DNA from: a virus
Lineage: Duplodnaviria > Caudoviricetes
Virus record (IMG/VR): IMGVR_UViG_3300021426_000063
Location: 32,001 to 96,000 of that record
Reading direction: 5' to 3' (one strand)
Length of the DNA stretch: 64,000 nucleotides
This document shows, in pieces, positions 59,478 through 64,000 of this stretch (position 1 is its first letter; each line of letters opens with the position of its first letter). The notes below the pieces were generated by a model that saw nothing but the letters and a program-made list of their open reading frames with translations, was not told the origin of the DNA and did no database searches. The position numbers and the translations under genes were made by a program.

Positions 59478-59942
59478 TTAAGATTCATCGTCAGGATATT
59501 GGAAATTAAGAGTCAGACAACCCTCTTCAATACCAGAGGTGAACTTATATCCAACATGCTCCAGGAAGGAAGGAATGGAACTCTTCAAATCCTCATAAGT
59601 GGTCTTATCAAAAGTCAACTTATTATAAGATTTGTTATTCAGAGCAGCAACAATATTGACACTCTTCTCATAATCATTGAAATAAAGACAATACATCTTG
59701 GTCTTGTCATTCTTCAACATGATCCACTTATAAGGGAACATCTTCTTGATGAACTTGGGAAGCTTAGACCAGTAGGTAATAGGTTTGCGGATAGCAAAGT
59801 ATCCATATCCACCATCACCATGAGCATTTACAATAACACCATTATACTGCTTACGGAATTCAGTATCAATACCTCCCTCAAAATAAACAGAGTGTGAACT
59901 GGTGAAACAGTCAAACATAATCTTATTGTTGGAATTTCTCAT
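59478..59942 (-). CDS. hypothetical protein
   Basis: ORF behind a host-type promoter. Confidence 0.7.
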   Translation of the reverse strand: MRNSNNKIMFDCFTSSHSVYFEGGIDTEFRKQYNGVIVNAHGDGGYGYFAIRKPITYWSKLPKFIKKMFPYKWIMLKNDKTKMYCLYFNDYEKSVNIVAALNNKSYNKLTFDKTTYEDLKSSIPSFLEHVGYKFTSGIEEGCLTLNFQYPDDES

Positions 59943-59964
59943 ATCTCATTTCTTTTTCTCATTA

Positions 59965-59996
59965 CAAAGATAATGGATTTTTTTGAAATATCCAAA
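59965..59996 (-). promoter_or_regulatory. Bacteroidetes sigma-A-type promoter (TTTG-N20-TATCTTTG)
   Basis: TTTG at 59996-59993; TATCTTTG at 59972-59965. Confidence 0.75.
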
Positions 59997-60002
59997 TATT
60001 TT

Positions 60003-60698
60003 TTAACTTTTTTGTATAGATTCTATAATATAATCCACTTTAAATGTATCCCCTAGAGTTCCATCTTCTTTTATTTCATACAGATAAGTACCCCAATTAT
60101 CTACATCATCTTCATTATCATACTCATATCCAAGACATAACTTACCATTTAATGGTGGAGTTTTAGCATATTGGCATAATGGATACCATCTGTCAAGAAG
60201 TGGTGTTTTATCTTGTTCTGATTTACAAAGATTATACTCACCATCTTCATTCTTTATCAACCAAACATTCTTAAACAACTGTTTCTCAACAGTAATCTTA
60301 TTCAACTTTTCAAGTTCTGATTTCTTCAAACCAGTTTCCCTATCATAATCTTTCAATACAGACTTGAATGGATCCTTGATAGCACTGCACCAACGTTCCC
60401 AAGGAATATTATTAATCATTTTTGGGTCACCATTCTTATAGAAATCATCAATAGCAATTTCCCTTATCCTGTCAAGTACTTCCGGGTCAACTTTCTTGTT
60501 CCAATCATCACTATGACCATGTTTAAGATGACCATTGGCACTTCTGTCTTTATATATAAATGTGACATTATCACCACCATTACTATGGCGATATGTCCAT
60601 CCAAATTGTTTTAATGTTTTCCATACATCACCAAATGAAGCAGAACTATATACTTCATTTATCTGTACATATTCTTCAAATTTTAACACTTTACTCAT
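60003..60698 (-). CDS. putative internal head protein with HicA-like N-terminal domain
   Basis: MSKVLKFEEYVQINE; VWKTLKQFGWTYRHSNGGDNVTF...H.KH is weakly HicA-like; late promoter at 60704-60711. Confidence 0.55.
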   Translation of the reverse strand: MSKVLKFEEYVQINEVYSSASFGDVWKTLKQFGWTYRHSNGGDNVTFIYKDRSANGHLKHGHSDDWNKKVDPEVLDRIREIAIDDFYKNGDPKMINNIPWERWCSAIKDPFKSVLKDYDRETGLKKSELEKLNKITVEKQLFKNVWLIKNEDGEYNLCKSEQDKTPLLDRWYPLCQYAKTPPLNGKLCLGYEYDNEDDVDNWGTYLYEIKEDGTLGDTFKVDYIIESIQKS

Positions 60699-60711
60699 AT
60701 GAATATTTATG

Positions 60712-60741
60712 AAAAAATCCAGGATTAATCCTGGATTTTTC
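60712..60741 (-). terminator. intrinsic terminator after uvsX
   Basis: aaaaaatccaggattaatcctggattttt palindrome. Confidence 0.75.
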
Positions 60742-60743
60742 TT

Positions 60744-61955
60744 TTAACCTAACTGGTTTGCAATCAAATCTGTCTCATCTGGTTCATCATCTTCCTCAAA
60801 GACTTCTTCCACATTAGCACCACTGTCAGCATACTTAAACTCTGATTTGATGTACTCATCCAATCTTTCAAGTCTCTCCTTGGTGAATGCCTTTGCAGTA
60901 AACAACTGGTTGAGAGGAATGGTTGTACCATCATCAAGGCAGAATCCCCTGGCAGTCTCTGATGGAACAAAGTACTGGACTGTACCATTGGCATCACACT
61001 TGATATACTCTGGTTTGGGGTCTTTCTGATATTCTTTCTCTGTGATGAACTTACCTCTTTGGATACCACACCTCTCAAAAGAGATGTATTCTTCCAAACC
61101 AACATAAGGATTCATACCATTCACATAAGAAATGTAGAACTTCACCTTCACAGGCTTACAGAACCTATTCTTCTCTGGTTGTGCAGTAACAATGATACCT
61201 GTCTGTGTATTGTCAGATCCTTCCTTCAACTTGGCCTTTGAAAGGTTCAAGATGATACTTGCACCATAAACAAGACCCTTACCACCAGATTGAATATTGG
61301 TAGGAACATAAGCATCAGTAGCAGCATACACATGGTTAGAGAAAGCAAATGTGCCTCCAATGATACCCATCTTCTGCATCAGAATCCTGAAAATTGACCT
61401 AATCTGCTTTGCCCTTGTCATATCTGACTTGTCATTACCAGACTTGGCATCATCAATCTCCTTCTGTGTTGCAAGATTACCAACTGAATCCAGGATGAAC
61501 AACACCTTTGGGATGTTCATTCCCTGTTCCTTCTTTTCAATAAGAAGGTCAACAGTCTGTGTGATATTGGTCTTGAACTCCTGAACAGTACCAACTGGTT
61601 CATAACGGAACTTGGATGGATCCACACCAAACTGTTTCAACTGTGCCTGTTCAATAGCATTCTCTGAATCATACCAGATGACAAAGATGTCTTTCTTCTG
61701 TGCTTCCCTGGCAATGTTCAAAAGAAGATAAGTCTTACCAACACCAGACTCACCACTGATACAGATAGACCTGTTGTTAGGAATACCTCCAAAGAGACTA
61801 CCAGTAAGGCAGGCATTACAGATGTAGTTACCAACTGGGATGTAATCTGTGATAGCAGAGACTCCATGTCCTTCTGACATAAGACCTCCCCATCGTGAGT
61901 TTTTTGACATTTCCTTATTTAAATCACTAAAACTAAAATCTCCACCTTTTGCCAT
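60744..61955 (-). CDS. uvsX: RecA/UvsX-like recombinase
   Basis: GESGVGKT, YDSE, LDSVGNL, DMTRAK, NHVY, SGGKG, KNRF. Confidence 0.93.
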   Translation of the reverse strand: MAKGGDFSFSDLNKEMSKNSRWGGLMSEGHGVSAITDYIPVGNYICNACLTGSLFGGIPNNRSICISGESGVGKTYLLLNIAREAQKKDIFVIWYDSENAIEQAQLKQFGVDPSKFRYEPVGTVQEFKTNITQTVDLLIEKKEQGMNIPKVLFILDSVGNLATQKEIDDAKSGNDKSDMTRAKQIRSIFRILMQKMGIIGGTFAFSNHVYAATDAYVPTNIQSGGKGLVYGASIILNLSKAKLKEGSDNTQTGIIVTAQPEKNRFCKPVKVKFYISYVNGMNPYVGLEEYISFERCGIQRGKFITEKEYQKDPKPEYIKCDANGTVQYFVPSETARGFCLDDGTTIPLNQLFTAKAFTKERLERLDEYIKSEFKYADSGANVEEVFEEDDEPDETDLIANQLG

Positions 61956-62007
61956 AAACTAAAACTATAAAATGTTATATACTAAATATAACAAAAAAGA
62001 GAGTGAA

Positions 62008-62556
62008 TTACTCACTCTCCTTCTTTGCTTTCTTTTTCTTTTTAATCTCTTTCTTATCAGTAAGTTTGAATTCCTTACTTGGGTCAACCACAACCTTAGC
62101 TCTGGACATAAAATCCTTACAGAGTAACATCCTACTCCTGTAAGTCTTTGTACCAGACAAATCAGAAATCTTCAAGTCAACAAGTTCATCCTTGTATTCC
62201 TTACCATTGAATTTGATGTCAACCTTGATAACAGGTCTTTCAGTTGCCTTTCCATGATGCCAGATTTTGATATGTTTTACAATATCATATTCTTTCTTCT
62301 CACCATTGAACTCAAATGAGACCTTGCCATCTTTCTCTTCAAAATCCTGAACAATAATGGCATTGTATGCTGTGTTACCAGTATCAAGTTTTGCTTTCAT
62401 CTTTCCAAGACCAATGACCTCAATCATTTCCTTGAATCCAGATACTTCCTTACCATCATGTGTTTCCTTTGTTTCTGAATGGACAGGAGTCTCTGGTATG
62501 AAAGCTTCTTCCTTCATACCTCTGTTCTTTATGAATTCTTCAAATTTCTGTAACAT
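62008..62556 (-). CDS. RimK-associated retropepsin-like protease (RimB/'ATP-dependent Zn protease' family)
   Basis: KAKLDTGN, ERPVI, MLL..DFM...VVDPS; N-terminus MLQKFEEFIK. Confidence 0.8.
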   Translation of the reverse strand: MLQKFEEFIKNRGMKEEAFIPETPVHSETKETHDGKEVSGFKEMIEVIGLGKMKAKLDTGNTAYNAIIVQDFEEKDGKVSFEFNGEKKEYDIVKHIKIWHHGKATERPVIKVDIKFNGKEYKDELVDLKISDLSGTKTYRSRMLLCKDFMSRAKVVVDPSKEFKLTDKKEIKKKKKAKKESE

Positions 62557-62557
62557 A

Positions 62558-62722
62558 TTAGTTAATTTCTTTAAATCCTAATTCATCTTTTGTTGATGTA
62601 ATCTTTCCATCAGCACTTTCCTCCCAGAGTTTTTTTACCTCTGCAACTTTCTGTTTAAACTCCCTTCTTAATTTCTGTTTCACTGTCAAGGTAGTTTTAT
62701 CATGTGAACAATTACATCCCAT
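62558..62722 (-). CDS. small hypothetical protein (54 aa, MGCNC N-terminus)
   Basis: Manual ORF that fills the gap between the RimK and protease genes. Confidence 0.55.
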   Translation of the reverse strand: MGCNCSHDKTTLTVKQKLRREFKQKVAEVKKLWEESADGKITSTKDELGFKEIN

Positions 62723-62730
62723 AATTTATA

Positions 62731-64000
62731 TTAGTCAACATTCTTATACTTTGATAAGTCAACCTCATGTCCATAGAATGCCTCAATCACACCAGCAACC
62801 TTACAAGCATCCTCAAATGGGATAACATCATTGCTGAAATAAGCATAATTCTCTTTACATTCTATGAGTTCATTACCATTGTAACTCAATGTCCAGGTAT
62901 CCTTACCTTCATCAAGACCTTCAATCTTCCAGTTGTCATTCTCATATACTGACTGTTTACCCTGGATGTATCTTGTGATGAGTTTCTTCAAACCACAAAG
63001 TCTGATGTTCTCACCTTCTTCAATAGTATTACTCTCATTAATCATAACACTCTCATCAACCTTCTCTACAGGAACATCAAAATTTGTTGTATTATCTGTA
63101 AGGATGAATGATCCTTCAACAACAACTGCCTTATCAGAAATCCTGTGAAGGAATTTACTACCACCAATTGCAATGTTGATATTAATATTGTCATTGACAG
63201 TCTTCAAAACAACAAGTTCATTCTTGTAGATTGTACCATTGAACCTGATGTTCATCTCTATCATAGGATCTCCCTTTCTCATACCAGAGAGTTCCATCTT
63301 ATAAGTAACACCATTGAATACAAATGATACATCATCATCCTTTGCATTGACTGAACTACACTGGAGTTCTGTGAATGTCTTATTGTCATCAAACTTCATA
63401 GCAGCATCAACACCATCACCCAAATCCTTGAAAGTGACTGTCTCATACTTACCAATCTGGTCTGAATCATACTTGGTGTACTTGAAGTCCTTGAACATAT
63501 CCATCAATGTACCAACTACATCATCGCCGGCAGCAGTGGTGATACCCTTTGTACCTGGTGATGAGTTAACCTCAATAACATAAGACTGCTTGGTCCTGGA
63601 ATCCATAATGAGGTCAACACCAGCCCATCTACAACCTGTGGCCTTTGCTGCCATCTTTGCAATCTTCTCCTGTTCAGATGTAAGGTGACCCTTCTCTGCT
63701 GTTGAACCAAGTGAATAATTACTTCTGAAATCACCAGCAAGCTGATTCCTCTGCATACAACCAATAATCTCAAAGTTCTCAATACCTGGAGTCATTCTTT
63801 CAAATCCCTTATAGAGAACATGTACACGGAGGTCATAATCTGAATTGATCTTCTCTTGAAGAAGAATATCTGCCTTTGGTACAAGAGCAAAAATGGCCTG
63901 AAGAACAGATTTCAATGAAATCATCGAATCAATCTGAGCAACACCAATACCCTGTGTACCCTTTGTAATCTTAATGATAAGAGGGAAACCACCACCAACA
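62731..64000 (-). CDS. rimK: RimK-family ATP-grasp ligase fused to a degenerate RimB-like domain; 5' end outside window
   Basis: Frame open to the window edge: FPLIIK..GTQGIGV, LLQE, DLRV, DFRSNYSLG, AGVDL, IEVNSSPG; then IG.YE.V...AAMKFDDN...PMI...IGG..FL. Confidence 0.85.
   Translation of the reverse strand, partial: VGGGFPLIIKITKGTQGIGVAQIDSMISLKSVLQAIFALVPKADILLQEKINSDYDLRVHVLYKGFERMTPGIENFEIIGCMQRNQLAGDFRSNYSLGSTAEKGHLTSEQEKIAKMAAKATGCRWAGVDLIMDSRTKQSYVIEVNSSPGTKGITTAAGDDVVGTLMDMFKDFKYTKYDSDQIGKYETVTFKDLGDGVDAAMKFDDNKTFTELQCSSVNAKDDDVSFVFNGVTYKMELSGMRKGDPMIEMNIRFNGTIYKNELVVLKTVNDNININIAIGGSKFLHRISDKAVVVEGSFILTDNTTNFDVPVEKVDESVMINESNTIEEGENIRLCGLKKLITRYIQGKQSVYENDNWKIEGLDEGKDTWTLSYNGNELIECKENYAYFSNDVIPFEDACKVAGVIEAFYGHEVDLSKYKNVD

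Noticed and set aside
59315-59488. 57-aa minus-strand ORF (MNLKGQWNK...)
   Set aside because: It runs through the convergent terminator at about 59337-59364 into the opposite gene; support is insufficient.
22115-62020. Shared C-terminal KES/KESE motif in four proteins (stops at 22128, 22129, 26401, 62008)
   Set aside because: Explained by the AAGGAGAGT arm of overlapping terminator hairpins, not by a protein signal.
1-64000. TAG-to-Gln recoding as in Lak megaphages
   Set aside because: Core genes are uninterrupted in code 11, and TAG stops are followed by terminators or out-of-frame ATGs (for example TAGTATG at 9074/9072 and 8704/8702).
1-64000. tRNA, rRNA or other structured ncRNA genes
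   Set aside because: Intergenic gaps are short and accounted for by promoters and terminators; no cloverleaf recognised by eye (tRNAscan/Infernal not run).

Overview
A 64-kb segment of a large, AT-rich, T4-like (myovirus) jumbo phage genome read in the standard genetic code. The host is probably a Bacteroidetes: there are TTTG-N19-20-TAnnTTTG promoters and no Shine-Dalgarno motifs are evident. The head/tail core comprises portal, a fused prohead protease-scaffold, major capsid, sheath and tube. Replication/recombination genes include a gp41-like helicase, UvsX/RecA, a DnaQ-like exonuclease and PhoH. The window is rich in DNA-modification genes: a Dam-like MTase, an intein-containing Sau3AI-like C5-MTase, and a 1927-aa nuclease-helicase-MTase fusion. 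Two candidate novel systems stand out. (1) A split M.SssI-like cytosine methyltransferase: one catalytic half (motifs I-VIII) and three separately encoded alternative C-terminal halves (motifs IX-X, with or without a TRD). They are clustered with a putative SAH nucleosidase, in a genome that is about 10-fold CpG-depleted by eye. (2) A large set of non-structural enzymes with T4 capsid-targeting-like N-termini ([KSD]F[ED][ED]F..NE) and (L/I/V)NE prohead-protease-type sites, mostly behind CATAAATA late promoters. These include the RM fusion, an ART-like protein, an AAA/metallopeptidase/vWA operon, a RimK/RimB pair and membrane-active proteins. The pattern suggests a virion-packaged, injected effector arsenal. 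All family assignments come from motif recognition; no database searches were run.
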